Shown: in pieces, positions 45,307 through 45,504 of the stretch | Numbering within the stretch: position 1 is the stretch's first letter | Layout: every line of letters starts with the position of its first letter | Assembly: GCA_964638385.1 (NCBI GenBank) | Contig: CAZWZK010000001.1 | Coordinates: 1,945 to 47,448 of the forward strand | Direction of reading: 5' to 3' | DNA: 45,504 bases | Source: an uncultured Gammaproteobacteria bacterium | Lineage (GTDB): Bacteria > Patescibacteriota > Microgenomatia > UBA12405 | Made by a program: the position numbers and the translations under genes | The notes under the pieces: generated by a model | Told to the model about the DNA's origin: nothing | The model's database searches: none | Seen by the model: the letters and a program-made list of their open reading frames with translations, nothing else

Positions 45307-45504
45307 ATGGCTTTAGCCCTATCAATCATTATTCCTACCTGGAACACCGCCCAAACCACCCTGAAGTGCATCAATACCATCAAAAAAAACCTCTCGGATA
45401 TTTCTTATGAAATAATCGTCGTTGACAATGGTTCCATCGACAACACGGCTCAAGAAATTGAAAAATTAAAAAATTCATTGAAAACCTGCCTCGCCAACAG
45501 GCGG
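45307..45504 (+). CDS. GT2 glycosyltransferase, N-terminal fragment (runs off window)
   Basis: My translation is MALALSIIIPTWNTAQTTLKCINTIKKNLSDISYEIIVVDNGSIDNTAQEIEKL. TAAAAT at 45293-45298 lies 8 nt upstream of the ATG. It is not in the track because no stop lies in the window. Confidence 0.75.
   Translation, partial: MALALSIIIPTWNTAQTTLKCINTIKKNLSDISYEIIVVDNGSIDNTAQEIEKLKNSLKTCLANRR

Noticed and set aside
1-45504. CRISPR arrays, tRNA/rRNA genes, transposases, integrases, phage genes, toxin-antitoxin or known defense systems.
   Set aside because: No regularly spaced direct repeats were seen. The intergenic spacers are all under 160 nt and lack tRNA-like T-loop/acceptor features. No ORF shows transposase, integrase, nuclease-defense or TA motifs. 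The glycosylation island has the same AT-rich composition and gene packing as the housekeeping half, so I see no evidence that it is a mobile or recently transferred element.
45485-45504. An unusually GC-rich stretch, CCTGCCTCGCCAACAGGCGG, lies at the very end of the window. It loosely resembles the GC-rich stretch CCTCAGCCAAAGGCTGATCCACCTCTGGCGG at 24508-24538.
   Set aside because: It lies inside the truncated GT2 ORF and is cut by the window edge, so its structure cannot be evaluated. The similarity to 24508-24538 is weak and gapped. It may also be an assembly-end artefact.

Overview
This is an AT-rich window (roughly one-third G+C by eye, not computed). It is extremely gene-dense, about 50 genes with intergenic spacers mostly below 100 nt and many overlaps. 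I found no rRNA, tRNA, CRISPR array, transposase or integrase. TGA is used as a stop codon and an RF2 gene is present, so the standard bacterial code applies. Gene content and protein architectures resemble a Candidate Phyla Radiation / Patescibacteria (Microgenomates-like) chromosome: a short UvrC, a short Rel, a sortase with an LPXTG-type substrate, an LCP ligase, many large polytopic glycosyltransferase-like proteins, and almost no Shine-Dalgarno signal. That taxonomic call is inference. Positions 1-25.3 kb are mostly housekeeping and envelope genes: short uvrC, rel, sortase, greA, lysS, serS, secA, DHH phosphoesterase, HIT, typA, cyclophilin, thioredoxin-like protein, prfB, LCP, and ftsEX followed by a coiled-coil cysteine-peptidase gene. 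A sortase-substrate surface protein sits at 24.6-25.2 kb. Positions 25.3-45.5 kb form one large glycosylation island. It holds 7 GT2-type and 1 GT4-type glycosyltransferases, a Wzx-like flippase and 7 large multi-TM GT-C-like proteins; an eighth paralog is cut by the left window edge. It includes two tandem, translationally coupled pairs of polyprenyl-phosphate-sugar-synthase-like GT2 plus GT-C. This island is the main candidate for an undescribed system, probably extracytoplasmic glycosylation of an unknown acceptor. At the DNA level, consensus sigma-70-like -10 boxes lie 5-12 nt upstream of most operon-first start codons, which suggests leaderless or near-leaderless mRNAs. There is also a promoter plus terminator unit in the greA leader, and a ~30-nt element repeated on both flanks of the ftsEX module. 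All family assignments come from motif recognition by eye; no HMM or BLAST search was possible.
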